64,000 nt of DNA from Octopus sinensis (GCF_006345805.1 NC_042997.1:210118001-210182000), one strand, 5' to 3'; counted from the stretch's first letter, positions 38,104 to 48,075 are shown. Program-made: numbers and translations. Notes: generated by a model from the letters alone, not told the origin.

Positions 38104-40884
38104 ACTATTTTTCCCTCCTTCTCACACTTTCTCAGTCTCCCTCTCTCGTGCACTTCCCCTTTCTTTCTCTCTCTCCCTCTCTCTCCCTCTCATTCCTTCC
38201 CTCTCTCCATCTCCCATTCCTCCCTCTCTCCTTCTCCAATTCCTCTTTCTCTCTCATTCCTCCCCCTCTCTCTCTCATTCCTCCCCTTCTCTCTCCCATT
38301 CCTCCCCTCTCTCCCACCCCCCTTTCCTCTCTCCAATTCCCCCCTTTCCCCCTCTCCCATTCCCCCCTTTTCCCCTCTCCCATTGCTACCCCTCTCTCTC
38401 TCTCATTCCTCCCCCTCTCTCTCCCATTGCTCCCCCTTTTCCCCTCTCCCTTTCCTCCCCCTTCTCTCTCCCATTCCTCCCATTCCTCCCTCCCCTTCTC
38501 ACTCTCTTCTTCTTCGCCATTCTCTCCATCCCTCTTGACACTGTCTCTGTCCTCTTGCAATCCCAATGGAACAGGCATGAACACGTCCCCCATTGCGCCA
38601 CCATCGTTCTCCTCCTCTCTCCTCACTATTTTTCCTCCTTCTCACACTTTCTCAGTCTCCCTCTCTCGTGCACTTCCCCTTTCTTTCTCTCTCTCCCTCT
38701 CTCTCCCTCTCTCTCTCCTCTCTCTCTCTCCCTCTCATTCCTTCCCTCTCTCCATCTCCCATTCCTCCCATTCCTCCCTCTCTCCTTCTCCAATTCCTCT
38801 TTCTCTCTCATTCCTCCCCTTCTCTCTCCCATTCCTCCCCTCTCTCCCACCCCCCTTTCCTCTCTCCAATTCCCCCCTTTCCCCCTCTCCCATTCCCCCC
38901 TTTTCCCCTCTCCCATTGCTACCCCTCTCTCTCTCTCTCATTCCTCCCCCTCTCTCTCCCATTGCTCCCCCTTTTCCCCTCTCCCTTTCCTCCCCCTTCT
39001 CTCTCCCATTCCTCCCATTCCTCCCTCCCCTTCTCACTCTCTTCTTCTTCGCCATTCTCTCCATCCCTCTTGACACTGTCTCTGTCCTCTTGCAATCCCA
39101 ATGGAACAGGCATGAACACGTCCCCCATTGCGCCACCATCGTTCTCCTCCTCTCTCACTTCCTCTTCTGCCTCCTCTTCCAGATGGTTCATCTATGCCAT
39201 GAAGTTGGAACTCAGTGGTCAGCCAGGACCGAAAGACCTCTTCAGTCTCTCACCACAGCAGATCAAACAGTTGCTGCAGAGGTTGCTCCAGCGGGACATG
39301 GCTCAACTCGATAAAAGGTAACTAGTCACTCTATTGTGTGGCGGTGGTGGTCGTGGTCGTCGTGGTTGTGGTCGTAGTAGCAGTGGTGGTTGTGGTCGTA
39401 GTAGCAGTGGTGGTGGTTGTGGTCGTAGTAGCAGTGGTGGTGGTGGTCGTGGTCGTGGTCGTGGTGGTCGTGGTCGTGGTGGTAGTGGTTGTGGTCGTAG
39501 TAGCAGTGGTGGTGGTGGTGGTTGTGGTCGTAGTAGCAGTGGTGGTGGTGGTGGTTGTGGTCGTAGTAGCAGTGGTGGTGGTCGTGGTCGTGGTGGTCGT
39601 GGTGGTAGTGGTTGTGGTCGTAGTAGCAGTGGTGGTGGTAGTGGTTGTGGTCGTAGTAGCAGTGGTGGTGGTGGTAGTGGTGGTTGTGGTCGTAGTAGCA
39701 GTGGTGGTGGTGGTGGTCGTCGTCGTCGTTGTAGCAGTAGTGGTGGTTTGTGGTGCTGGTTGTGATGGTTTGTGGTGGTGGTGGTCATGGTAGCAGTAGT
39801 GGTGGTGGTAATGAGGATTTTTTGTGGTTGTAGTTGTAGCAGTAGTAGTAAAGGTGGTGGTTTGTGTTGGTGGTCAGGTGGTAGTGATAGCAATAGTTGT
39901 AATGGTGGTGGTGGTTGTGGTGATGGTTGTAGTTGTAGTGTTGGAGCTCAAAGCAGTTGTCAGCAGAGGTGTGATGTTTGTGATGACATTTGTAAAAGAA
40001 CATTCCATTAATAATTCCCTGTGTAATTACCAAGTCATTATTTGTTTTCAGTAACCCCTTAATGAGACGACAAATAGATGGGGCCTTGAATAGGGTCCCA
40101 AAGAATTTCTATGATCAGGTTTGGAAGATTTTGGAGAAAACCCCAGGCGGTGTCAAAGTGGTTGGCTACCTCTTACCTCAAGTGAGTTCCAGAGTTTTTT
40201 CATACTCTCTGTGTGTGTGTGTGTGTGTGTGGTGTGTGTGTGTGTGTGTGTGTGTGAAAGAGAGACACAGAGACAGAGAATCATCATCATCATCATCATT
40301 TTAATATCCACTTTTCCATGCTTGAATGGGTCGGATGGAATCCATGGTGGCAGATCTTCTGCAGCCGGATGCCCTTCCTGTCACAAACCCTCACCTGTTT
40401 CCAAGTTAACTTAATATTTCCCTTTCACTGGACGGGCTGCAAAGGAACAACTCTGCTTTTATTTGCAGTGGAGGCACAATGGCCCAGTGGTTAGGGCAGC
40501 GGACTCGCGGTCATAGGATCGCGGTTTCGATTCCCAGACCGGGCGTTGTGAGTGTCTATTGAGCGAAAACACCTAAAAAGCTCCACGAGGCTCCAGCAGG
40601 GGATGGTGGTGATCCCTGCTGTACTCTTTCACCACTCTTTCTCTCACTCTTACTTCCTGTTTCTGTTGTACCTGTATTTCAAGGGGCCGGCCTTGTCACG
40701 CTGAATATCCCCGAGAACTACGTTAAGGGTACACGTGTCTGTGGAGTGCTCAGCCACTTACACGTTAATTTCACGAGCATGCTGTTCCGTTGATTCGGAT
40801 CAACCGGAACCCTCGTCGTCATAACCGGCGGAGTGCTTCCATACTACTTGCTTACATGCCATCACTTGATGTTAAGACCAGGAG

Positions 40885-40915
<31 letters not shown>

Positions 40916-43350
40916 TCTTTGTCATCATCATCATCATCATTGTTTAACCTCCGCTTTCCATACTGACATGGGTTGGACAGTTTGACTGAAAACTGGTCAA
41001 CCAGGGCCCCAAAAATTATGGGGTTCCTTATACACGTTAAAATACAGTGTGATTCATTTTTGTTTCCCGTACATGGAAAGTTACTTTATTATTTGTCCAG
41101 AGTTTAACATTGATCACTGTCCATTGTCTTTCCTTCCAGCAACCGACCCTCTCAGACATGACCATGTATGAGATGAACTTTTCCCTGCTGGTGGAGAAGA
41201 TGTTGAGTGAAATTGTCGATCCAGCCTATCGTCAGATTGTGGTGGAGGTAAGCATCTCACACACACACACACACACACACACATATCGCTTTTGGTTTTC
41301 CCCTTCCTGTAAGGGCAGGGCTTTCAATATTGGTTTCGAGTGTCAGCACAAAACCAGCAAGTTCAGCAGTCAGGGTTAGCAGATTACATCGACCCCAGTG
41401 CTCAACTGGTACTTATTTTATTGACTCCTAAGGGATGGAAAGCAAAGTCCACCTTAGCTGAATTTGAACTCAGAACATAAGGATGGATGAAATGGCACTA
41501 AGCATTCTGCCCAGCATGCTAATGACTCTGCCAGTTTTCTGCCCGCATGGGCCTTAAGTATTAACACATACTTTATTAAAGTCGAAGAAAAGGTTTCTTG
41601 TTCAGCAGAGGCAAAGTGGCTGAGCTCCTTTCAATGCAATGACCAAGACCTTTAGCAATTTGTCGTGCTTGAGTAGATCAATCGAGCCAAGTGAAATCAT
41701 AGCTATGGCTGTGTTTCCTGTGTTGGGCCTCACGGAGGACAAGGTGGTTGAGCTCCTTTCGAGCGTTGGGCCTCACAGAGGCAATGACCAAGTCCTTTGG
41801 CATTATGTCATGTTTGAGAAAAAGAAGCCCATCAAACCATAGTTGTGGCTGATGCTGGTGTCATGTAAGTGGCACCTGTTCTGGTGACACATAAAAAGGC
41901 ACCTTTCATGTGTTGGGCCTCACAGAAGCAAAGTGCCCGAGTTCTTTTCAATACAATGACCAAGACCTTTGGCATTGTGTCATGCTTGAGAAGACCCATC
42001 AAACCAAGTGAAATTGCAATTGTGGCAGATACCAGTGTCACGCAAAGGCACTCATGCTGGTGGCACATACAAGTACCCATTACACTCTTGGAGTGGTTGG
42101 CATTAGGAAGGGCATCCAGCCATAGAAACCTTGCCAGATCAGACTGGGGTTTGGTGCAGCCTTCTAGCTTGCCACCCCTGGTCAAACCATCCAACCTATG
42201 CCAGCATAGAAAACAGACATTGGACAACGACGGCAGCAGCTTCACAAATCTTTGACACTCAAAGTTTGAGGTGACAGAGAATGGAGAAAGACAATGCATC
42301 ATTTACTGGGCAATGTAGAGGGACTATATATCGTAGTATATATGTGGAGGGAGTATATATGATAGTACATATCATAGTATAGGAGCTCTATAGCATTTGG
42401 GGAAACGGAGAGAGAGAGATTGTATATGGAGCAGAGGTGCTATGTAACATCTGCTAATAATGAAGTTTAACTCTTTCATACCAGTCATCCACAACGTCCC
42501 ACTCATAGAAAGAACTGAGATATAATGTTTGAAGTACGAGTGGTCCTTAGTAGGGGTAGGAGCTTTCTAAACTTTGCCCAGACTATTCGTATTCTAGTGG
42601 TGGCACTCTCTGAGCATCCACCCACCACTACTAACTTGGTCACCCAGGTAGCGGAAACTATCAACAACTTCTAGTTTCTCCCCCTGGAGTGTGATGGAAT
42701 CTGTTTTTTGAGTGCCTGTGATGTCTATTGTCCCTGTGCATCTGCCGCACATGAAAGCTATCTTATCAGTTAATTTCCCTTTGATGTTGCTGCACCTCTG
42801 ATGCGTCCATAGCTTACACTGGGTACATCTTATGGAGTTTCTATCTACACCTTTCCTACAGATCGAGCAGGGCCACCTGCCTGAGGGGGTGTGTGCTGAG
42901 TTCGCCTTTCTGCTTACTATAACTTTGGTCTTTGCTACATTTACTCTAAGGCCCTTTGATTCTAACCCTTGCTTCCACACCAGAAATTTCTTTTCTAGTT
43001 CCGGTAGTGATTCTGCTATGAGAGCCAGGTCATCAGCATAGAGGAGCTCCCAGAGGCAACCTGTTTTGAATTCCTCTGTTATTGCCTGGAGGACTATGAT
43101 GAATATAGACTGTAAATGGATTCATCGTGCTACAGTGAATTAGAGTGATAATATCATTGGTCGTAATTTATCATCACTGACCACTGGACTCTTTATCCAT
43201 AACTTGCTTCTTCATATGTCTTGCCTTATCTTTTTTGATATTTTCTTTTTTCAGTCTTTCATGGTTGTGGCCACAATCCTTGACCGTAATCCAGAGTTGT
43301 GTTTCCCACAGGCTGTCAACATGGACAAGGTAATTGAAATCATCACCACC

Positions 43351-43384
<34 letters not shown>

Positions 43385-43448
43385 TCACCACCACATCATC
43401 ATCATCATCATCATCACCACCACCACCATCATCATCATCACCACCACC

Positions 43449-43482
<34 letters not shown>

Positions 43483-44010
43483 TCATCATCACCACCATCA
43501 TCATCATTTAACATCCTTCTTCCATGCTGGTATGGGTTGGGCACTTTGAAAGGCTCCAACCAGCGTTGGTTTCGAATATATGCTTTGACATGGTTTCTAC
43601 ACCTGGATGCCCTTCCTAATGTCAACCACTTCACAAAGTCTGTACTGGGTGCCTTCTTTCATGGCATTGGCCCAAGTGAGGTCACTCAGTACTCGTAAGA
43701 CATGACATTCCCCACCCACCCCCTTGACTAAGGGGTGGGTGTGGTAGAAAGGGAGGTGGAATATCAGAAATAATTTCACAAGAAAATGTTTCTGGACATC
43801 TGATGCAGAGATTGCTTTGAGGTGAACAAGTTTGCTCAACAACAATAGGCGCAGGAGTGGCTGTGTGGTAAGTAGCTTGCTAACCAACCACATGGTTCCA
43901 GGTTCAGTCCCACTGCGTGGCATCTTGGGCAAGTGCCTTCTGCTATAGCCCCGGGCCGACCAAAGCCTTGTGAGTGGATTTGGTAGACGAAAACTGAAAG
44001 AAGCCTGTCG

Positions 44011-44041
<31 letters not shown>

Positions 44042-46955
44042 TTATGTGTCTGTGTTTGTCCCCCTAGCATTGCTTGACAACCGATGCTGGTGTGTTTACA
44101 TCCCCGTCACTTAGCGGTTTGGCAAAAGAGACCGATAGAATAAGTACTGGGCTTACAAAGAATAAGTCCCAGGGTCGATTTGCTCGACTAAAGGCGATGC
44201 TCCAGCATGGCCACAGTCAAATGACTGAAACAAGTAAAAGAGTAAAAGAGTTACTAAATAAACTTAGGGTTCAATCCTATGGCTCAGAATTTTGAACCAA
44301 TTCCTTCTGCTGCAGCCAATGGTTTGCGAGCGGAATTTGGATTCCCTTCAACAGGGTTTCCGCTCTTCCCTGTTGCAGCGTTCAGATTGTGTCTGTTGAA
44401 TGCTGATCACTTCTGCCTGGCCAACTCCTGTCAAACCATTCCACCCATGCCAGCTTGGAAGGCAGATGTCAAATGATGATGGTGATGATGATGAATCCTA
44501 AGACAGATTGCTAAGCATTTTAGCTGATAAGATAAAGATTCCACCAGCTCATTGCCTGATAAGCAAAGTAACATTCTTTTCTACTCTAGGCACAAGGTCC
44601 GAAATTTTGGGGGAGGGGGCCATTCAATAAGATCAATCCCAGTACACAACTGGTACTTTGTCGACCCCGAAAGGATGAAAACCAAAGTCAAACTCAATAG
44701 AATTTGAACTCAGAACGGAGTGACAGATGAAATACCGCTAAACATTTCGCCCAGCATGCTAATATTTCTACTAGCTCACCACCTTTTTAAATATTCTTTT
44801 CTACTCTAGGCACAAGGTCCGAAATTTTGGGGGAGGGGGCCCAATTGATTAGATCGATCCCAGTATGTAACTGGTACTTAATTTATTGACACCGAAAGGA
44901 TAAAAAGTAAAGTAGACCTCGGCGAAATTTGAACTCAGAACGTAAAGACAGACAAAATACCGCTCAGCATTTTGCCCATCGTGCTAATGATTGTGCCAGC
45001 TCGCTGCTTTATAAACGAAGTAATTTTGAGAGAGAATTGCAATAATCATTCTGGTAAATATTTGAAATTTGAGAGAACAACAATTATTGAGGGCTTGCAG
45101 CAACATACCTGACACCCCCCTCTCTCTCTGGCCAGGTAACCTTGTACCTCCTCTCCAGCAAGACCTCTGTTTTTCTCTCTCTGTCTCACTCTAACCTTCC
45201 ATCATCTGACACAACACAAGATCCCCTCCTCCAATGCCCCTCCCCTCTCAAAAGATCTTTGTCTTGCAAGTTACTTGGTGAACCTGTCAGTGCAGGTACC
45301 ACTTAAAAAGCACCCAGTCCACACTGTAAAGTAGGTTGGCATTTGGAAGGGCATCCAGTTGTATAAACCTTGCTGAAACTGACCTCACCTGTGCTTCTGC
45401 CAGGTAAAAAGCACTCAGTCCATTCTGCTGAGTGGTCGGCATTTGGAGAGGCATCCAGCTGTAGAAATCCTGCCAAAACAGTTACAGAAGTCTGGTGCAG
45501 GCTTCTTTCTGCCTGGCTGGCTCCTTTCAAACCGTCCCACCCATGCCAGCATGGAAGGCAGATCTTAAATGATGATGATGAATGGGAAGACAGATGAGAT
45601 GTTGCTAAGCATCTTGGCTGGTGTGCTGAAGATTCTGCCAGCTCATTGCCTGATAAACAATTTAATATTAAAAAGGGAAACGGAATTGCAATAATCATTA
45701 TAATCATCATCATCATAGTTTAACTCTGCTTTCCATGCTGGCATGGGTTGGACGGTTTGACTGAGGACTAACAAGCCAGGAAGCTGCATCAGGCTCCAAT
45801 CTGTTCTGGCAAGGTTTCTACAGCTGGATGCCCTTCCTAATGCCAACCACTCCAAGAGTGTAGTGGGTGCTTTTTACATCCCAACGACACAGGAGCCAGT
45901 CAGGCGGGCCTGGTATTGATCATGTTTGGATAGTCCCTTTTACATGTCACTGGCACAAAAGCCATTTGGGGGTACTGTCATCAACCATGTTCGGATAGTG
46001 CTTTTTACATGTCACTGGCACGGAGGCCAGTCAGGGGTACTGGCATTGGCCACTTTTGGATGGTGCTTTTTTTTTTGCCACCAGCACGAGAGCCAGTCAG
46101 GGGGTGCTGGCATCAACAACATTCGGATGGTGCTTTTTACGTGCCACCATTCTGGTAAATATTTGAATTTTGAGAGAACAACAATTACTGAGGACAAATT
46201 ACTCCAGTTATTATTCTCACCAAATTGTTTCTTCGAATAATTAATTACATGGAAAGGTCCTGAGTTCAATCATAGGAACCCATTCATGTCAGAATATACG
46301 TATTAAGTCTTTCGGTGCAAGCATGGCTGTGTGGTAAGAAGCTTGCTCCCCAAGCACGTAGTTTTCGGGTTCAGTCCCACAGCATGGCACTTTGGGCAAG
46401 GACCTTGTAGTGTAGCCCTGGGCCAACCAAAGGTTTGTCAGTGGATATGGTACATGGAAACTGGAAAGAAGCCCATTACGTGTGTGTATGTGTGTGCATG
46501 TGCGCGTGTGTGTGTGTCTTCTTGTCTTGACACCACTTTGGAAGCACTAGCATAGGTAGGGACAGTGCGCCCCGAGCAGCACTTTTAAAGGAGCGGCACT
46601 TTCCATCCTGTTGTAGGCAATATGTGCTTTTTGCTGGGGTCACAGCTATGCTAGTGATTGGAAATGAGTGTCACCATCATACAATAACATAAATCATTTT
46701 TTTTTCATTAATTTATTTTTTTTTGTTTTTGTTTTTTCTTCCCCATAGATTTTGGAGAATGCATTCTCTCAGTTCCAGCAAGATCTGTCCCGAGATGGTC
46801 AAGTGGAGAAAGAGAAAATCACTCTACACATGTTTGTCAGTACCCAATCGAACGTGAAGCAGGGTACCATCAGCTACATAACCAAATCTGTGGTGAAGCA
46901 GGTATTGGAAGGTGACCTGAAGACCACACCCAACGAAATGTGTCTCCTCTCATAA
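718..46955 (+). CDS. PHKB: Phosphorylase b kinase regulatory subunit beta, 5'-truncated spliced gene model (23 exons in window, about 1039 aa)
   Basis: The 23 exons listed below join in frame with GT-AG introns and matching phases (sum 3122 nt = 2 + 3x1040). The translation is colinear with PHKB as I recall it: DSx[63 protein letters not shown], [12 protein letters not shown], [26 protein letters not shown]-terminal CAAX CLLS. Confidence 0.96.
1099..1410. repeat. CT-rich low-complexity tract (CTC/CTT)n
   Basis: Degenerate cctcctctt/ccttct repeats; the overlapping Pro/Ser/Leu ORFs are artefacts of the repeat. Confidence 0.9.
3826..3934 (+). CDS. PHKB: PHKB window exon 2
   Basis: Acceptor cttgcag|, donor AAC|gtaaga; [36 protein letters not shown] (IDDDxGR, AIKxMRG motifs). 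Confidence 0.9.
5414..5521 (+). CDS. PHKB: PHKB window exon 3
   Basis: taacag| ... CAG|gtcagt; [36 protein letters not shown]. Confidence 0.92.
5556..6120 (+). mobile_element. SINE family B copy with triplicated body
   Basis: Head aggcggcgagctggcagaa then three tandem 165-183 bp units (5604-5786, 5787-5955, 5956-6120) containing gagttcaaattccgccgaggtcgactttgcctttcatcc; other copies near 25550-25745, 26740-26920(-), 41365-41540(-), 44575-45010(-). Confidence 0.8.
6922..6981 (+). CDS. PHKB: PHKB window exon 4
   Basis: ctcttcag| ... CAG|gtaaga; [20 protein letters not shown]. Confidence 0.92.
8434..8570 (+). CDS. PHKB: PHKB window exon 5
   Basis: ttttcag| ... AG|gtaagt; [45 protein letters not shown](S). 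Confidence 0.96.
9521..9905. mobile_element. Mariner-derived fold-back MITE (two inverted 3' ends)
   Basis: About 140-bp near-perfect inverted arms 9521-9661 / 9765-9905 ending in TACGAG; the minus strand of the interior reads [43 protein letters not shown], a mariner transposase C-terminus. Confidence 0.85.
10669..11065 (+). mobile_element. Helitron 3' remnant (PIF1-like helicase C-terminus)
   Basis: [33 protein letters not shown]...[10 protein letters not shown] resembles Helitron helicase motifs V/VI and the typical NIVYxEVL end; GC hairpin ggaagcc-ct-ggcttcc at 11045-11060. Confidence 0.75.
11562..11721 (+). CDS. PHKB: PHKB window exon 6
   Basis: cttctag| ... AAG|gtttgt; [53 protein letters not shown]. 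Confidence 0.96.
12345..12542 (+). CDS. PHKB: PHKB window exon 7
   Basis: tttacag| ... AAG|gttagc; [16 protein letters not shown]...[27 protein letters not shown]. Confidence 0.96.
13915..14190. repeat. 25-bp tandem repeat with degenerate flanking copies
   Basis: ctgaccactgtccaataacatatat about 3.5 times at 13915-14000, then decayed gaccactgtccaac copies to about 14190. Confidence 0.8.
14278..14335 (+). CDS. PHKB: PHKB window exon 8
   Basis: tttacag| ... T|gtaagt; [19 protein letters not shown]. Confidence 0.94.
16023..16100 (+). CDS. PHKB: PHKB window exon 9
   Basis: ttttcag| ... G|gtgagt; (Y)[25 protein letters not shown]; phases 1/1 match both neighbouring exons. Confidence 0.9.
16109..16265. 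repeat. (CTT)n microsatellite
   Basis: cttcttctt run starting about 10 bp after the exon 9 donor. Confidence 0.95.
16267..16403. repeat. Imperfect palindrome / MITE-like hairpin
   Basis: agtgattacaatatggaagacaatttagccatttagaaatacac pairs with gtgtttctgaatagctaacttgtgtcttccatactgcaatcact; inner palindrome aacttcacttaaatatttaagtaaagtt. Confidence 0.65.
17721..17876 (+). CDS. PHKB: PHKB window exon 10
   Basis: ttttcag| ... C|gtaagt; (G)[51 protein letters not shown]. Confidence 0.95.
20557..20654 (+). CDS. PHKB: PHKB window exon 11
   Basis: tttacag| ... CAG|gtatgt; (R)[32 protein letters not shown]. Confidence 0.92.
20748..21530. repeat. 24-bp minisatellite, about 32 copies
   Basis: Unit tgttaactgttgtgtttatgcatc, variant tgttaactgttgtgtttatgtgtc. 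Confidence 0.97.
21669..21899 (+). CDS. PHKB: PHKB window exon 12
   Basis: gcacag| ... AAG|gtactc; [16 protein letters not shown]...[17 protein letters not shown]...[15 protein letters not shown]. Confidence 0.94.
22141..23279 (-). mobile_element. Two tandem copies of a roughly 560-bp non-LTR/SINE-like element with (AAT)n tail
   Basis: 22141-22700 and 22799-23279 are direct repeats (the second has an internal deletion of about 80 bp), each abutting (TTA/TTG)n tracts. Confidence 0.7.
24430..24534 (+). CDS. PHKB: PHKB window exon 13
   Basis: cttacag| ... AAA|gtgagt; [35 protein letters not shown]. Confidence 0.94.
24576..24932 (+). mobile_element. tRNA-derived SINE family C with 15-bp target-site duplication
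   Basis: A-box-like tggcccagtgg, B-box-like ggtttcgattcc; TSD cttttgtgtgggtgg at 24561-24575 and 24933-24947. Confidence 0.88.
25830..26050 (-). mobile_element. CR1/L2-type LINE 3' end fragment
   Basis: Reverse-complement homologue of 28700-28900 ([10 protein letters not shown] segment). Confidence 0.7.
26250..26332 (+). CDS. PHKB: PHKB window exon 14
   Basis: tttctag| ... CA|gtaagt; [27 protein letters not shown](Q). Confidence 0.93.
27850..28990 (+). mobile_element. CR1/L2-type LINE 3' fragments
   Basis: Decayed RT C-terminal motifs: (F)WNSLP...YNLNCFK near 28350-28440, and [18 protein letters not shown] at about 28730-28790. Confidence 0.65.
31083..31173 (+). CDS. PHKB: PHKB window exon 15
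   Basis: ctttcag| ... CAG|gtaaat; [30 protein letters not shown]. Confidence 0.9.
31520..31850 (+). mobile_element. Repeat of about 330 bp carrying a decayed type I hammerhead motif; second 5'-truncated copy at 18187-18400
   Basis: Shared gtccgtgtgtatcat...ccccttgcaaatact...cacagaa.gtgtgtc...cctggggcta...gctactg; core CTGAGGA-A-GAGT..ACTC-GA-GTC flanked by acacaca / cgtgtgt. Confidence 0.6.
31869..32076 (+). mobile_element. Mariner 5' end relic
   Basis: TIR-like ttgggttatctggaaagttcatgccgattt followed by ATG at 32050 encoding MEDKKVHFR, similar to mariner N-termini; truncated. Confidence 0.6.
32248..32963. mobile_element. Three tandem piggyBac-like MITE units (about 240 bp)
   Basis: Units end in aaaagggTTAA (32478, 32721, 32963) and the first begins TTAAccc; shared body ctgttgagatgctctgtgtttctttcaatt...agagccagaggtggtttcag. 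Confidence 0.75.
33255..33419 (+). CDS. PHKB: PHKB window exon 16
   Basis: ctttag| ... AAG|gtaaat; [55 protein letters not shown]. Confidence 0.9.
34038..34515. mobile_element. Two tandem piggyBac-like MITE units
   Basis: TTAA+cccttttgttactaa ... ttggtatcaaaaggg+TTAA (TIR match 13/15); same body as 32248-32963. Confidence 0.8.
34586..34861 (+). CDS. PHKB: PHKB window exon 17
   Basis: tttgcag| ... CAG|gtaagg; [10 protein letters not shown]...[32 protein letters not shown]. Confidence 0.94.
34924..34956 (-). mobile_element. Possible Helitron 3' terminus
   Basis: Minus strand ttacccggcagtatagcaatgggtaa hairpin followed by tgaCTAG. Confidence 0.4.
36020..36300 (-). mobile_element. Decayed RTE-like LINE RT C-terminal fragment
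   Basis: [17 protein letters not shown]...[11 protein letters not shown] resembles the ILxIxWxxxISN...WLGH motif. Confidence 0.5.
36694..37100 (+). mobile_element. Internally deleted Tc1/mariner-superfamily relic
   Basis: TA+CAGGGTGTCC terminus; RSPKKSIRR...SLHKIL (HTH region) joined to KPRNIEDL...[12 protein letters not shown] (typical C-terminus). Confidence 0.65.
37830..38032 (+). CDS. PHKB: PHKB window exon 18
   Basis: ccttag| ... GG|gtaaac; [19 protein letters not shown]...[29 protein letters not shown](G). Confidence 0.94.
38040..39180. repeat. Polypyrimidine intron containing a roughly 530-bp tandem duplication
   Basis: Units about 38101-38621 and 38622-39156; a 70-bp complex island is repeated at 38537-38606 and 39072-39141. 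Confidence 0.9.
39183..39317 (+). CDS. PHKB: PHKB window exon 19
   Basis: cttccag| ... AG|gtaact; [44 protein letters not shown](S). Confidence 0.93.
39336..39960. repeat. Compound GTG/GTC/GTA trinucleotide array
   Basis: Higher-order unit ggtggt(n)tgtggtcgtagtagcagt repeated, decaying 3'. Confidence 0.92.
40052..40181 (+). CDS. PHKB: PHKB window exon 20
   Basis: ttttcag| ... CAA|gtgagt; [43 protein letters not shown]. Confidence 0.95.
40469..40843 (+). mobile_element. tRNA-derived SINE family C
   Basis: ggaggcacaatggcccagtggttagggcagcggactcgcgg...ggtttcgattcccagaccgggcg; same body as the 24576 and 52750 copies. Confidence 0.88.
41140..41247 (+). CDS. PHKB: PHKB window exon 21
   Basis: cttccag| ... 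GAG|gtaagc; [36 protein letters not shown]. Confidence 0.96.
42590..43105 (-). mobile_element. RTE-type LINE reverse transcriptase fragment with an embedded C4HC3 finger
   Basis: [23 protein letters not shown]...[11 protein letters not shown]...CSIC..CTQC..HQRC..CGRC...[11 protein letters not shown]. Confidence 0.85.
43255..43329 (+). CDS. PHKB: PHKB window exon 22
   Basis: ttttcag| ... AAG|gtaatt; [25 protein letters not shown]. Confidence 0.93.
43343..43506. repeat. (CAC/CAT)n microsatellite
   Basis: Directly after the exon 22 donor. Confidence 0.95.
46749..46955 (+). CDS. PHKB: PHKB terminal coding exon with CAAX prenylation motif
   Basis: cccatag|ATT; [17 protein letters not shown]...[30 protein letters not shown] (TAA 46953-46955). 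Confidence 0.95.
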   Translation: MLENAFSQFQQDLSRDGQVEKEKITLHMFVSTQSNVKQGTISYITKSVVKQVLEGDLKTTPNEMCLLS

Positions 46956-47218
46956 CGCATTTCACCACCACCAACACCACCACCACCACCACCACTACCA
47001 CCATCACCTCCGTCTCTCACTCGCTTTCTCTCTTGTCTTCAACTCGTGGCTCGGGTGGTGGTGTTACCCTGATTACAGATGAATCAGTGGACACACGGAC
47101 ACACACACATACACACACGCAATATTTTACCCACCAGTATATTTAATCAAAAACCATACATGTGAATGAAGACAATTATACATTCATATACATGTGTAAT
47201 TTAAATGGGTACTAATAC

Positions 47219-47283
<65 letters not shown>

Positions 47284-47856
47284 ACACACTCACACACACA
47301 AATATTTACATAGAGATACACATTATTTTAAAACACACACATTGTCACTATGGGCAGTTGTTTACACACACACACACACACACACGATGATGATGATGAT
47401 AATGATAATGACACTCACGTCAGAAAAAGACAGTCACATGCAAAATCAGATACACACAAATAGATAAAGAATGACCTAGGCACAGCCACCTACATTGATA
47501 GTGGTACTTTCACACACACACGCACACACGCAATATGTAACACAGACAGAAAGCTATTTCAATATCCAAGAAAAAAGTGATATTTTTTGACAACAGCAAC
47601 TCTAACCATTGTTCAAACTATTGCCCTTTGACCTCCAGCTCTTATCTAATCATGGTATTCTTTCTGTATCACACAGCTGCATGGTTTGTGATAACATGCA
47701 GCAGATATGTTGGCTAGGTCAATATAGCTACATGTGATCTCTCCCTCTCTCTCTCTGTAATATATATATATATTCACTCATGCATACATACATATATATT
47801 GCTTTGGTTTTTATGTGTCTTGTAACACACACACACACACACACATACATATATAC

Positions 47857-48075
47857 ATAAACAACTTATAAACAAGGGCAAAAGAAAAAAATTTCAATGC
47901 CAAATATGCCAAAAATAGGCTTAATCGTCAATAACCATATAATTTATCACTATAAACAGGTGTCTCGAAAGTGTGCTTGTAGTGATAAATTATATGGTTA
48001 TTGACGATTTAAGTCGATTTTCGGCATATTTGGCATTAGAATTTTTTCTTTTGCCCTTGTTTATAAGTTGTTTAT
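47857..48075. repeat. Inverted repeat with about 100-bp arms (hairpin 1)
   Basis: aaacaacttataaacaagggcaaaagaaaaa...aatcgtcaataaccatataatttatcacta pairs with tagtgataaattatatggttattgacgatt...ttttcttttgcccttgtttataagttgttt. Confidence 0.9.

Noticed and set aside
38005-39893. Long Pro/Ser/Leu, Glu/Arg/Gly and Gly/Ser ORFs, including the 388-aa ORF running into exon 19
   Set aside because: Products of polypyrimidine and GTG-type repeats; exon 19 has its own acceptor at 39182 and the spliced frame already matches PHKB
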